From an uncultured Patescibacteria group bacterium (lineage in GTDB: Bacteria > Patescibacteriota > Patescibacteriia > Veblenbacterales > UBA10138): DNA of 64,000 bases. Below are positions 40,987-51,721 of this stretch, one piece after another. The stretch is taken from the NCBI GenBank assembly GCA_937929825.1, contig CALFUV010000008.1, positions 11,838 through 75,837 of the forward strand, written 5' to 3'. Below the pieces are notes generated by a model. It saw only the letters and a list, made by a program, of their open reading frames with translations. It searched no databases and had not been told where the DNA came from. The position numbers were made by a program, and so were the translations under genes. The stretch's first letter is position 1; every line of letters starts with the position of its first letter.

Positions 40987-41745
40987 ATGTCAGAAGTTAG
41001 GAAGGATTTGTTTATTGGTGTCGGTTTTTTAATGGCCGCCATGGTTTTAGTATCTTTTGCTATTGCCGTTCAGGTGCAGGCAAGAGAAGGTGAGGATGAT
41101 TCAATTTCATCCGATACTTCTTTTGGTTTGAAAGTAAGGGGGGATGGCACGGTTGACGATTCGCAGCCAGGAATTGGCGCTGCTGTGCAAGCACAAGCAC
41201 AAGTTCAAAACAGGGGCGAAGAAACTCAGGTTCAGGCACAAGTTCAAGCTCAGGAGCAAACCAATATGCCAGATTCTGCTCCTGGCCAAGTTAATAAAGA
41301 GAATAAAAAAATAGGTCAGGACAAGGCGGCTGAGCATCGCAGCGCAGTGGCAAATTTTGTACAAAGCTTGCTTCAAGTAGCTGATAGCAAGCCTGGGGGT
41401 ATTGGTGAGCAAGTTCGTAATATAGCCCAGCAGCAAAATCAATCAGCTGAAGTTATGATTCAAGCTATGGAAAAAGTACAAACCAGAAGCAAGATAAGAA
41501 CATTTTTATTTGGTTCAGATTATAAAAATTTAGGCACTTTGAGAAGTGAAATGGTCAAAACCAGAAATAGATTGGAGCAGTTGAATAGATTGATAGTTAA
41601 TATAGATAATGAAGCTGATAAAATTGAGTTGCAGAATCAGATCCAAAATCTTATTCAGGAGCAGGAAAGTATTGATAATTTTATAAAAGTTCAGGAAATT
41701 AAGATTAGTTTATTTGGTTGGATAAAGAAACTTTTCAGTAATTAG
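40987..41745 (+). CDS. Secreted Gln-rich coiled-coil protein
   Basis: Signal peptide, (VQAQ)n low-complexity stretch, helical C-domain. Confidence 0.8.
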   Translation: MSEVRKDLFIGVGFLMAAMVLVSFAIAVQVQAREGEDDSISSDTSFGLKVRGDGTVDDSQPGIGAAVQAQAQVQNRGEETQVQAQVQAQEQTNMPDSAPGQVNKENKKIGQDKAAEHRSAVANFVQSLLQVADSKPGGIGEQVRNIAQQQNQSAEVMIQAMEKVQTRSKIRTFLFGSDYKNLGTLRSEMVKTRNRLEQLNRLIVNIDNEADKIELQNQIQNLIQEQESIDNFIKVQEIKISLFGWIKKLFSN

Positions 41746-41934
41746 TTGTTGTGGATATTAAGTTTCCTTTATTTTGTATTTATTAAGGAAAGTTTGATTA
41801 TTAGTAAAGTTTATTATACTAATAATTATATAAGATTATATAAGTAATTTTGCTATAAATCCGGCCTAAATTATTAAAGCCGAGTGTAGCCACTCTAAAA
41901 TTTAGGTGCGTTAATTTAACTAATATATACACAT

Positions 41935-42429
41935 ATGCAAAAAAAATATTTTATCTTTGTATTTTTGATTGTAGTGGTGATTATTGGGGTAATTTTTATT
42001 TTCAATAAACCCGCACTAGAGCCGGCGACAGTTTCAACGACAGTTATACCAACTGGCAGTAGCCAAGATGAAGTGCCAACCAGCACCATGCCCACATTAG
42101 AGGAGAATGAAACTCCAGAAATGCTAGTGGGTGAAGTGAAAGAATTCACCATGACCTCTTATTATTCACCAGAGACTAAGCGACCATATTTTAGTTTGAA
42201 TGAGATGGTGGTAAATCAGGGAGACACGGTACGCATCAGGGTTACCAATACCTTTGGTAATCATGATATTAAAATAGACGAGTATAATGTGTTTGCCGAA
42301 ACGCCCTTAAACCAGGAAGTGGTGGTGGAATTTGTGGCGGATAAGGTTGGCGATTTTGTTTATTACTGTTCTAAACCCGGGCATCGTGCGGCCGGGCAGT
42401 GGGGAACTCTACGTGTATTGAAACAATAA
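41935..42429 (+). CDS. Membrane-anchored cupredoxin-domain protein
   Basis: GDTVRI, GNHD, YYCSKPGHRAAGQWGTL. Confidence 0.88.
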   Translation: MQKKYFIFVFLIVVVIIGVIFIFNKPALEPATVSTTVIPTGSSQDEVPTSTMPTLEENETPEMLVGEVKEFTMTSYYSPETKRPYFSLNEMVVNQGDTVRIRVTNTFGNHDIKIDEYNVFAETPLNQEVVVEFVADKVGDFVYYCSKPGHRAAGQWGTLRVLKQ

Positions 42430-42705
42430 TTATTAATTATTGTTTAATTAATAATAAAAATGCCTTTTAGAGGGTAGATTTTTATTACACAATTTATACA
42501 TAATTAACTAACATACAGTTGATTGATTATGTTCCTAAATAAAATTAGGATTAAATAGTCTTTTATATTTTAAATTTAGACTTGACATAATTCTTAATTT
42601 ATTGTAAGAACAAGGCAAATAAGTTAGTTATATTTTTAAATATTAATTTGGTATCATATACCCTTTTTTTATAAAAAAGCCGTTTATATTTAATTCACCA
42701 CTTTA

Positions 42706-44451
42706 ATGTTGGGTTTATTAACATCCACTAGTTCAGTTAAACTAGCCAAATTTTTGGAACAGGAAGGTTGTTTCACACGCGAACAGTTTAAAAAAATTGA
42801 ACAGCAGGCTGAGCGTGAGGGGCGTCCGGTAGTAGCAGAACTTTTAGATCAAGCCAACGGTAATACTGAGCGTATTTTGGAAGTTTTAGCAGGTTATTAT
42901 CAGCTAGAGTCTGTAGTTTTACGTGGTCGTATGATTTCTCCTTATGTATTGGGACTTATACCTAAAGATTTAGCAGAAGCTCATAATTTGGTGACATTTA
43001 AAAAAGCTGGAGAATGTGTTCATGTAGCTACCACTAATCCGGAAGATGTTGAAATAATAAATTTTATCCGGCGTAAAACCGGTTTGCAGGCACAAGTATA
43101 TATAACCACACCAGCAGATATCGCTTATGCTTTACAGCGCTATGAAAGCAAGTTGGCTGAAGAGTTTGGCAAAATAATTGAAGAGAGTCTAAAAGAAACG
43201 CTCGCCAGTCATGAGACTGAAGAAAAATTAGCTCAGTTTGTACCGGTGGTAAAGATGGTTAACAGTATAATTGATCGGGCTTTGGCCAGTAGAGCTTCTG
43301 ATATTCATATTGAACCCGGCAGTGAACAAATTGTCATCCGCTTTCGTATTGATGGTTTACTGAAAAAAGTAGTGGAATTGCCACGTGAGGTATTACCGCC
43401 AATATTGGCCCGTATTAAGCTTATGGCTAATTTAAAAATAGATGAGCATCGTTTACCCCAAGACGGCCGTTTCCGTTATACTTTTCATGATCATGAAGTG
43501 GCTTTGAGAGTTTCTATAGTACCCAATCTTCATGGCAGTAAAATAGTGTTGCGTTTATTAGATACCAGGCAAAAAAAATTCAATTTTCGGACCTTAGGTT
43601 TAAATAAACGTGATTTAGCCATTATTAAGCGTGAATCTTTAAAACCCCATGGTATGTTGTTGGTGACAGGGCCTACCGGTTCCGGCAAAACCACTACTTT
43701 GTATGCCTTATTAAGCCTGTTAAATCGTGAACGAGTTAATATTTGTACAGTTGAAGATCCCATAGAGTATGGTTTGGAGGGGATTAATCAAATGCAAGTT
43801 AATCCTGGTGCTGGGCTTACTTTTGCTAATGGGTTACGTAGTTTATTGCGTCAGGACCCTGATATTATAATGGTGGGCGAAATTAGAGATTCGGAAACAG
43901 CAGAAATAGCTATTAATTCAGCTATGACCGGCCACTTGGTATTGTCTTCTTTACATACCAATAATGCTTTTTTGGCGCCACAACGTTTAGTGGAAATGGG
44001 TTTGAAGCCTTTTATGGTGGCTTCTGTAGTTAATTTAATAATAGGCCAAAGGCTGGTGCGTACTATTTGTAAACACTGTACTTCGCCCTTATCTAATTTA
44101 AGCAAGCACTTAGAAAGATACGGAGAATCTTTGTCTTTAGAATCAGCGGTTGTAAATTTACAAAAAAGCGGTTTACTGCCAGCGGATTTTTCATGGAGTA
44201 GGGTAGTTTTATATCATGGTCGTGGTTGTGATCGTTGCAGTGAAACTGGATATCAAGGACGTTTAGGTATTTATGAATTTATGGAAGTTGATGAAGTTGT
44301 TAGTCAGGCAATTTTAAAATCTAATACCACTGAAGGTGTTAAGCAGGCCGCTCGTCAGCAGGGCGTTTTGACTATGATTGAAGATGGGATTTTAAAGATT
44401 ATTAACGGACAAACTACATTTGAAGAAGTTACGCGAGTTACAAAGGAATAA
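42706..44451 (+). CDS. Type IV pilus/T2SS assembly ATPase (PilB/GspE family)
   Basis: ASDIHIEP, LPQDGR, GPTGSGKTTT, TVEDPIE, LRQDPD, GEIRD, TGHLV, tetra-Cys motif. Confidence 0.95.
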   Translation: MLGLLTSTSSVKLAKFLEQEGCFTREQFKKIEQQAEREGRPVVAELLDQANGNTERILEVLAGYYQLESVVLRGRMISPYVLGLIPKDLAEAHNLVTFKKAGECVHVATTNPEDVEIINFIRRKTGLQAQVYITTPADIAYALQRYESKLAEEFGKIIEESLKETLASHETEEKLAQFVPVVKMVNSIIDRALASRASDIHIEPGSEQIVIRFRIDGLLKKVVELPREVLPPILARIKLMANLKIDEHRLPQDGRFRYTFHDHEVALRVSIVPNLHGSKIVLRLLDTRQKKFNFRTLGLNKRDLAIIKRESLKPHGMLLVTGPTGSGKTTTLYALLSLLNRERVNICTVEDPIEYGLEGINQMQVNPGAGLTFANGLRSLLRQDPDIIMVGEIRDSETAEIAINSAMTGHLVLSSLHTNNAFLAPQRLVEMGLKPFMVASVVNLIIGQRLVRTICKHCTSPLSNLSKHLERYGESLSLESAVVNLQKSGLLPADFSWSRVVLYHGRGCDRCSETGYQGRLGIYEFMEVDEVVSQAILKSNTTEGVKQAARQQGVLTMIEDGILKIINGQTTFEEVTRVTKE

Positions 44452-44472
44452 ATTTACGATTTTATTTTTACT

Positions 44473-45681
44473 ATGCCTTCCTTTATTTACAGCGCCTTAA
44501 ATTCGGTGGATTCATATGTTAAGGGTAAAGTAGAAGCTTCGTCTTTAAAAAAAGCCCAAGCCAAGCTGGAGTCGGAAGGCTTGATGGTGGTTACTTTAAA
44601 ACCCGAAAAAATTGCTAAACAATTCCATATTAATCAATTACTTGGTAGGGTTAGTCGTTTGGACAGGATTTTTTTTACCAGCCATCTTTATACTTTATTG
44701 GAAGCCGGCGTGTCTATGGATCAGGCTATTAAAGTAACAGCCGAACAGGCAGATAGTCAAATATTTCGTGATGTACTTTTAAATATCCATTCTCGGGTGC
44801 GTCAAGGCGAGGCTCTGTGGAGTGTTTTGTCACAGTATCCTAAACATTTTCCTGAATTTTTTACTAATTTAATTCGTGTTGGTGAAGCTAGCGGGCGTTT
44901 GGTGGATGTTTTGCATTATTTGCTGGAACAGCAGGAAAGGGATTATGAACTTATAACCCGGTCACGGGGGGCTATGGTGTATCCGACGATTATTATTTTG
45001 GCCATGATATCCATTGTGACTTTAATGATGGTTTTTGTCATTCCCCAAATCACCTCGCTTTTAACTGAATACTCGGTAGATTTGCCCTTAGTAACCCGGT
45101 GGTTGATATTCATCAGTAATCTACTTATTAATTGGGGAGTTATTATATTTCCCATTTTATTTTTTTTAATAGTATTGCTGGTTAAATTGGCGCGTACTCC
45201 CCGAGGTCAACTTTATTGGGATAGGTTTTTGCTCTCGTTTCCTAAATTAAAATCAATAGTGCGTGAATTTAATCTGGCGCGCTTAAGCCGTTCTTTAAGC
45301 GCGCTCCTTAAAAGCGGTGTAACTATTGATAAAGCTCTAGCTTTGTCAGCCACTGTTTGTCGTAATAGCCAATATCGTTCTGTTTTGACTGGGGGAGTCG
45401 CGTTTATTCAAAAAGGCATTCCTTTAGCTGAAGTTTTACAAGGCCAGCCAAAGCTTTTTCCACCTATTACTACTCGTATGGTGGAGGTGGGGGAGCGTAC
45501 AGGTAAACTGGACCACATGCTTACGAGATTAGCCGCTTTTTATGAAAAATCAGTTATGAATACCTTGTCTAACCTTTCTTCTATTATTGAGCCGGTGCTT
45601 TTATTGCTTATTGGTTTTGGTGTTGGTTTTGTAGCCATTGCAATTTTGACACCTATATGGAAATTTGCCGAGTCAATTTAA
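44473..45681 (+). CDS. Type IV pilus platform protein (PilC/GspF family)
   Basis: Two GspF repeats (GEASGRL, GERTGKLD), AMVYP. Confidence 0.95.
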   Translation: MPSFIYSALNSVDSYVKGKVEASSLKKAQAKLESEGLMVVTLKPEKIAKQFHINQLLGRVSRLDRIFFTSHLYTLLEAGVSMDQAIKVTAEQADSQIFRDVLLNIHSRVRQGEALWSVLSQYPKHFPEFFTNLIRVGEASGRLVDVLHYLLEQQERDYELITRSRGAMVYPTIIILAMISIVTLMMVFVIPQITSLLTEYSVDLPLVTRWLIFISNLLINWGVIIFPILFFLIVLLVKLARTPRGQLYWDRFLLSFPKLKSIVREFNLARLSRSLSALLKSGVTIDKALALSATVCRNSQYRSVLTGGVAFIQKGIPLAEVLQGQPKLFPPITTRMVEVGERTGKLDHMLTRLAAFYEKSVMNTLSNLSSIIEPVLLLLIGFGVGFVAIAILTPIWKFAESI

Positions 45682-46112
45682 AAAAATCCTTACCACATGG
45701 TGTAACTATGGTGGAGTTGGCTATAGCTTTGGGTATTTTGACTTTACTGCTTTTTTTAGCTGTACCTAGTTTTACCATTTTAAGACGCAACGTAGCTTTA
45801 TCAAACAGCAGCCGTGAACTGCAAAGTGCCTTACGCCTGGTCCAAACACGTGCTCTTGCGGCTCAGGGCGGAGTAGCCGCCTATCATGGTATTCAACTGC
45901 AAACCGACCGCTATGTAATACTGAATAACGGTTTGCAACAAGAAATATTTTTACCCAAAGGCATTACAATTTCTGGAGCGGCGGTAGGGCAAACCATCAT
46001 TTTTACCCGTTTAAGCGGTTTGCCCAGCTCGCCGCAGGAGATTGTTTTATCAGCTGGCGGGAGCCAGCTGATAGTACAAGTTGAGGCCGGCGGGTTAATT
46101 AACCTACCTTAA
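45657..46112 (+). CDS. Minor pilin (FimT/GspH-like)
   Basis: HG|VTMVELAI class III signal peptide. Confidence 0.8.
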   Translation: MEICRVNLKKSLPHGVTMVELAIALGILTLLLFLAVPSFTILRRNVALSNSSRELQSALRLVQTRALAAQGGVAAYHGIQLQTDRYVILNNGLQQEIFLPKGITISGAAVGQTIIFTRLSGLPSSPQEIVLSAGGSQLIVQVEAGGLINLP

Positions 46113-46118
46113 TTATAT

Positions 46119-46649
46119 ATGAGTAAACATCCTCAAGGATCAGCAGTTATAGAAGTGCTTATTAGTCTAAGTTTAGCGGCTTTTTTAATAGCATCGTTAG
46201 GTAATTTAATAACTTCTACACGACGCTTGGAAACAGCTAATAATTATCGGCAGCGTGCTTTAGCTTATGCCCGGGAGAGTTTGGAAATGATGGCTAGTCT
46301 GCCGAATAATCTTTTTGCCTGTGTTGGTTCTTGTTCTTGTACACCTCTCCCCGGTTATAACAGTTGTTGGGTAGATTTAGAATCTACCGGACCATATCAT
46401 TTGCAGGAAACAGCCGGTAGTTGGCAGTTAGTATTAGGCAACGAAGCGGTGCCGGGTGATTCTTTTTTTATTCGAGGCATCACTATTAATAATATGCAAC
46501 GCGATGCTAATGGTATTTTAACTTCTTCTGGCATAACTGATACTAACACTAAAAAAATCACAGTTCGTTTATCTTGGCAGGAGCGGGGTGAGCCTAAAAG
46601 TTTGGAATTAGCCACTATACTTACTGCTTGGGCTAATATCACGCCATAA
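46119..46649 (+). CDS. Minor pilin (PilV-like)
   Basis: QG|SAVIEVLI; C-terminal KKITVRLSW. Confidence 0.8.
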   Translation: MSKHPQGSAVIEVLISLSLAAFLIASLGNLITSTRRLETANNYRQRALAYARESLEMMASLPNNLFACVGSCSCTPLPGYNSCWVDLESTGPYHLQETAGSWQLVLGNEAVPGDSFFIRGITINNMQRDANGILTSSGITDTNTKKITVRLSWQERGEPKSLELATILTAWANITP

Positions 46650-46650
46650 T

Positions 46651-47160
46651 ATGAGAAAAAAAAATATACAACCGTCAGGTTTTTCAATTATGGAAGTAAT
46701 TATTTATGTGGCGGTAATAACAGCGGCTATGATTATACTTTCTGATTTTGTGGTTGATATTACCAAGAATGCTGCCCGTAGTATGGTAATAAAAGAAGTG
46801 GAGTTGAATGCCCAACTTACTTTAAATAGGATTGCCATGGAAGTCAGGCATGCTCAATCAATAGCGGTAGATAGTTTAGGTACACAACTTACTTTAACCG
46901 GCGCTCAGGGTATAGTGGTGTTGCAGTACAATAATGTCGCTAAAACCGTGGAGAGGATAACCGCCGGCAACACCGAAAGTATAACCACACCCGAGGTGCA
47001 CATTTTAAGTTTAATTTTTACTCCTATTCCGCTCCTAGGAACAACCAAGGGTGTAGCGGTAGAAATAGCAGTCGCTCAAGGATCTATAAATGTGCCGGTG
47101 GTTTATAAATATCAAACAGAATTATCTACCAGAGTTTTTGCCCGGCAGTTAATGTATTAA
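46651..47160 (+). CDS. Minor pilin (PilW-like)
   Basis: SG|FSIMEVIIY. Confidence 0.8.
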   Translation: MRKKNIQPSGFSIMEVIIYVAVITAAMIILSDFVVDITKNAARSMVIKEVELNAQLTLNRIAMEVRHAQSIAVDSLGTQLTLTGAQGIVVLQYNNVAKTVERITAGNTESITTPEVHILSLIFTPIPLLGTTKGVAVEIAVAQGSINVPVVYKYQTELSTRVFARQLMY

Positions 47161-47166
47161 TATTAT

Positions 47167-49098
47167 ATGTTTAAGATTAATAAATTAGGTAAGCCTAGCG
47201 ATCAGCATCCTCACGGAGCTATTGCTTTGTTGATGTTGATGGGTGTGGCAGTATTTAGTTTAATGGTATTGGTTAGCGTTAGCACTTTAACTAGTCATAT
47301 TTTTTCCATTACTTTGGATCAGGTAGCTACCGAGAAAACTTTTTACGCGGCTGAGGCTGGCTTAAATGAAGGTTTATACAGGCTTATACGCAATCCTTGG
47401 CCACAAACTTTTAGTTTTAATTTTAATAATGTAGCTGTGGATGTGAGCATAAGCACCAGTTTCGGTAATCCTTATCAGCGGCTAGTAACTTCCCGAGCGC
47501 AAGATTCTACCGGCAAGGTGCGCGAGTTGGAAATAGTTGCCAATACTTCTTCTTTTGCCGGTGGTTTTATTGGGGCCGTGCACGCTGGCTCGGGTGGTGT
47601 TTATATAAACAATAATGCTATGGTTATTGGCGATCTTTATTCTAACGGCAATGTGACCGGTGGCGCCAATGGTGTGGTGCAGGGCAATATTTCATCTGTA
47701 GCTTCAGCTATTCAAAATCAGGCTCATAATAATCATGATAGTGAATTTATTTTTGGACAATCAGCAACTTATAGTGATGTGGCCCAAAGTTTTACACCAA
47801 ACGTTTCAGGACAAATTAATCAGGTGCGCTTAAAAATAAGAGCTATTGGCAATCCTAATTTAAGTAATACCTGGTGGCGTATTACTGCTGATAATGGTGG
47901 CAAGCCAGCCACCTCCGCCTTGGCCACTGGTTCTTTTAACAACGCCAGCGTTGGTCAGACTAGTAGCACGCTTGATTGGTTAATTATAAATATTCCATCT
48001 CCGGTGAGCGTAACCGCTGGAACCAAGTATTGGTTATTGATTGACTCAGTAAACAACGTTAATAATCACTGGGCTTGGGCTAAGGATAGTACAGATGCTT
48101 ATGCCGGCGGCAGTGCTTTTTATACTAATAACTGGACTAGTTCAGGGGCTGTTTGGGCTCCACTTGAATCAGATGGCGCTGATTTGGCGTTTCAGGTTTG
48201 GTATGGTGATCCTTATGTAATGTTGGAAAATATTGTTGTAAGAGGCGAAGCCAGAGCTAATAGAATTACCGGCACTGGCGGTAGCAGTTATGCCAAGGTT
48301 TGCGGCAATGCTTATTATGATTCTATCCTGCAGTCTTCATATGATTTTCTTATGTCAACCTCAAATCAATACAATAATTTAAGAAATTCAAATTGTGGTT
48401 CATCTGCCACTATAAATAATTATAATTTAGCCGACAATGATCGTAGGATTTACCCAATGCCTATAACCGATCAACATATTCAAACTTGGCAGAATGAAAT
48501 TACATCAGGTGGCCAGCCAGAACTTTATCCCAATCCAAGTGATTGTCCGCAAAGTTATTCCAGCGGAACATATTGCGTAACTAGTAATACAACTCTGGGT
48601 CATCAAAAAATAAACGGAAATTTATATGTGGGTATTAAAACTACCGGTGGAGCTGAGCCAACACTAACTTTAACCGGTAATGTTTGGGTGACGGGAAACA
48701 TAATTTTGAATAATAACGGAGTTATTCGATTGGATCCCAGTCTGGAGGCGGCTAGTAGTGTATTGATTGCTGACGGTATTGTTGTTTTGGAAAATAATTA
48801 TCAGATTAATGGTTCTGGCAACCCAAAGAGTTTTTTACTTTTAGTAACACGTAATAATAGCCTTGGCAGTACGCCAGCTGTTTCTACCAGAAACAATTCT
48901 GCCTCTTTGGTTGTAGCCGCGCCTAATGGTGAGATTTTAGTAAAACAGGGAGGTATTGCTAAAGCCACTGCTGCCTATAAACTTACTTTAGAGAATGGCA
49001 GTCAGGTGATTTTTGATAATAATTTGTTGGAATTATTAGTGCCGTCGGCTAATCAGTCAGCATTGTGGGTAGAGTTTAATTCGTGGAGGGAAAAGTAA
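47167..49098 (+). CDS. Large PilX-like minor pilin with adhesin-like C-terminal domains
   Basis: HG|AIALL (no E5), FYAAEAGLNE, beta-rich domains, terminal SWRE. Confidence 0.8.
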   Translation: MFKINKLGKPSDQHPHGAIALLMLMGVAVFSLMVLVSVSTLTSHIFSITLDQVATEKTFYAAEAGLNEGLYRLIRNPWPQTFSFNFNNVAVDVSISTSFGNPYQRLVTSRAQDSTGKVRELEIVANTSSFAGGFIGAVHAGSGGVYINNNAMVIGDLYSNGNVTGGANGVVQGNISSVASAIQNQAHNNHDSEFIFGQSATYSDVAQSFTPNVSGQINQVRLKIRAIGNPNLSNTWWRITADNGGKPATSALATGSFNNASVGQTSSTLDWLIINIPSPVSVTAGTKYWLLIDSVNNVNNHWAWAKDSTDAYAGGSAFYTNNWTSSGAVWAPLESDGADLAFQVWYGDPYVMLENIVVRGEARANRITGTGGSSYAKVCGNAYYDSILQSSYDFLMSTSNQYNNLRNSNCGSSATINNYNLADNDRRIYPMPITDQHIQTWQNEITSGGQPELYPNPSDCPQSYSSGTYCVTSNTTLGHQKINGNLYVGIKTTGGAEPTLTLTGNVWVTGNIILNNNGVIRLDPSLEAASSVLIADGIVVLENNYQINGSGNPKSFLLLVTRNNSLGSTPAVSTRNNSASLVVAAPNGEILVKQGGIAKATAAYKLTLENGSQVIFDNNLLELLVPSANQSALWVEFNSWREK

Positions 49099-49259
49099 AA
49101 AAATTTACTATTATTATTTTTTATAATCTTACTAATATTAGTAAATAAATATATTTTTTGTTTATTTATTAATTTGTTGAAAATTATATTTTAATCTATA
49201 ATTATAATATATTATTCTCTTTTAGGACTTTTAAGAATACAAAGTTTATTTTATAAAAA

Positions 49260-51071
49260 ATGAATTTTAAAATAAATGAAAATCGACAAAATAATTTTCC
49301 TTTTGGATCTTCTCTTATAGAATCTTTGATAGGATCAGCGGTTTTTATAATAATTGCCATCGCAGTTTATCAGGGTTTTGTTTCTATTACTGAAGCGGTA
49401 AGAATTTCACGTCTTAAAGTTATAGTAGCAGAGATAGCTAATGAGCAGTTTGAAATAATTCGTAATTTACCCTATTCCGATGTTGGTATAGTAAACGGTT
49501 TGCCGTCTGGTAAGTTGTTAAGAAATCAGATTATAAATAGGAACGGGTTGGAATTTTTGATTGTTATCACGATACGTAATATTGATGATCCATTTGATGG
49601 TACTATTGGCGGTTCTCCTAATGATCTTTCTCCTGCTGATTACAAATTAGTTGCTTTGGATATCAGCTGTAATAATTGTCGTGGTCTGACACCTCTGTCT
49701 TTTACCACTTATATTGCCCCTCTTGCATTGGAAACCTCTTCTAATAATGGCGCTTTATTTATTCAGGTTTTTGACGCAAATGGTCAGCCCATTCAGGGTG
49801 CTAATATTCATATTGAGAATAATCAACAGATTCCACCTATAGTAATTGATGACATTACTAATAATTCTGGTTATTTACAAATTGTAGATGCACCACCTGG
49901 TGTAGAGGCTTATGAGATTTATGTTACCAAAGCCGGCTATTCATCAGCAAAAACTTATACATCCGGTCTAACTGATAATCCTAATCCCTCTAGACCACAT
50001 GCCACTGTTTTAATTCAGCAGGTTACTCAAATTAGTTTTTCTATAGATAAATTAAGTCAGGTTAATTTTTCTACAATTACTAAAACTTGTTCATCTTTGG
50101 GCGGTATTAATTTTGATTTACAAGGATCAAAAATTATCGGCACTAATCCAGAAATTTTGAAGTATAAAAAATCTTTTGTTTCTAGTAGCGACGGATTAGC
50201 AATCATTTCGGACCTAGAATGGGATACTTATAATTTAGAGATAATTGACCGATTTTATGATTTGGTCGGTACTATTCCGCCTTTGCCTATTTTAATTATT
50301 CCAGATTCAATCCAAGATGTTAAATTAGTAATAGGCTCTAAAAATCCAAATAGCTTACTAGTCAGCGTGTTAGATGGCTCTACCCAATTACCATTATCTA
50401 ATGCCAGTGTAACTCTTAGTGCTGGTGCTTATAGTAAGACATTAATTACTGGTCAAGGTTTTTTACGACAAACCGATTGGTCAGGTGGTGATGGTCAGGT
50501 TGATTTTATAGATGAAAGAAGATATTTATCCTCCGATGGTAATATCTCTACAGAAGATCCTGCTGGTGAACTTCGCTTATATCATAATGGGGTTGAATAT
50601 ATGACCAGCGGTTATTTAGAATCATCCACTTTTGATACTGGCTCCCTAAGTAATTTCCATCAGCTTATTTGGCAGCCACAAAATCAACCTCTCGAAGCTG
50701 GGTTTGATAGTGTTAAATTTCAAATTGCTAGTAATAAAGATAATACAACTTGGAATTTTTTGGGTCCTGATGGTACATCTTCTACCTATTATACTCTAAC
50801 TAATTCGAATATAAACCCTTTGCATAATAGTGATAGATATTTTCGTTATAAATTATTTCTTAGCACTATTGATTCTAAAGTTACTCCTATTGTAAGTGAC
50901 ATATCATTTACTTTCACTTCATTATGTGTGCCTCCTGGACAAGTGCTTTTCTCTGGTTTATCTGCTGGCATTTATGATCTGATTGTGACTAAAATAGGAT
51001 ATCAAACAATAAATGATACTGTAGAAATAAGTAATGATTGGCAACAGAAGAATATTTTATTGTTTCCATAG
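49260..51071 (+). CDS. Large PilV-like pilin with carboxypeptidase-regulatory-like Ig domains
   Basis: FG|SSLIESLI; V.DANGQPIQGANI and VTKAGY motifs. Confidence 0.8.
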   Translation: MNFKINENRQNNFPFGSSLIESLIGSAVFIIIAIAVYQGFVSITEAVRISRLKVIVAEIANEQFEIIRNLPYSDVGIVNGLPSGKLLRNQIINRNGLEFLIVITIRNIDDPFDGTIGGSPNDLSPADYKLVALDISCNNCRGLTPLSFTTYIAPLALETSSNNGALFIQVFDANGQPIQGANIHIENNQQIPPIVIDDITNNSGYLQIVDAPPGVEAYEIYVTKAGYSSAKTYTSGLTDNPNPSRPHATVLIQQVTQISFSIDKLSQVNFSTITKTCSSLGGINFDLQGSKIIGTNPEILKYKKSFVSSSDGLAIISDLEWDTYNLEIIDRFYDLVGTIPPLPILIIPDSIQDVKLVIGSKNPNSLLVSVLDGSTQLPLSNASVTLSAGAYSKTLITGQGFLRQTDWSGGDGQVDFIDERRYLSSDGNISTEDPAGELRLYHNGVEYMTSGYLESSTFDTGSLSNFHQLIWQPQNQPLEAGFDSVKFQIASNKDNTTWNFLGPDGTSSTYYTLTNSNINPLHNSDRYFRYKLFLSTIDSKVTPIVSDISFTFTSLCVPPGQVLFSGLSAGIYDLIVTKIGYQTINDTVEISNDWQQKNILLFP

Positions 51072-51074
51072 TAT

Positions 51075-51704
51075 ATGTTCAATTTTGAGAGAAATATCAT
51101 TTGGCAATTAAGATCCGGTTTTACTTTGATAGAGGTTATAGTAGCACTATGTATTTTTTTATTAATTGGTTTGACTATTTTATCTTTTCAAAAAGATATC
51201 TTTGTTATAAATATGACCTTATCCGATAGTATAGCCACACAAACAGAGATAAGAAAGTTGTTTAAGTCTATAAGCTCTGAGATACGATCAGCTTCTATTT
51301 CTAGTACTGGAGGATATCCTATAGCTTATGCTAATGCTACCAACTTCACCTTTTATAGCGACATTGATAATGACGGATTTAAAGAGCGGGTACGGTATTT
51401 TGTGGATAATGATGTTTTAAAAAAGGGCATCATTAAACCTTCAGGTAATCCCTTAAGTTATAATTCAGCTAACGAGGTGATTAGTATTGTAATAAATAAT
51501 TTAATCAACGACTCTCAGCCAGTATTTGAATATTATGATTCTTCATATGACGGAAGTAGTTTATCTTTATCTGAACCAATAGATTTATTAGCAATACGTT
51601 TAGTTAAAATTACTGTTAAGGTGGATAAAAATCCATCCCGTCCCCCGGGAGATATTACTATGATTACACATATTTCAATTAGAAATTTAAAAAATAATTT
51701 CTAG
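51075..51704 (+). CDS. Minor pilin (PilW-like)
   Basis: SG|FTLIEVIV. Confidence 0.85.
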   Translation: MFNFERNIIWQLRSGFTLIEVIVALCIFLLIGLTILSFQKDIFVINMTLSDSIATQTEIRKLFKSISSEIRSASISSTGGYPIAYANATNFTFYSDIDNDGFKERVRYFVDNDVLKKGIIKPSGNPLSYNSANEVISIVINNLINDSQPVFEYYDSSYDGSSLSLSEPIDLLAIRLVKITVKVDKNPSRPPGDITMITHISIRNLKNNF

Positions 51705-51721
51705 ATAGTTAAGTAGTATTT

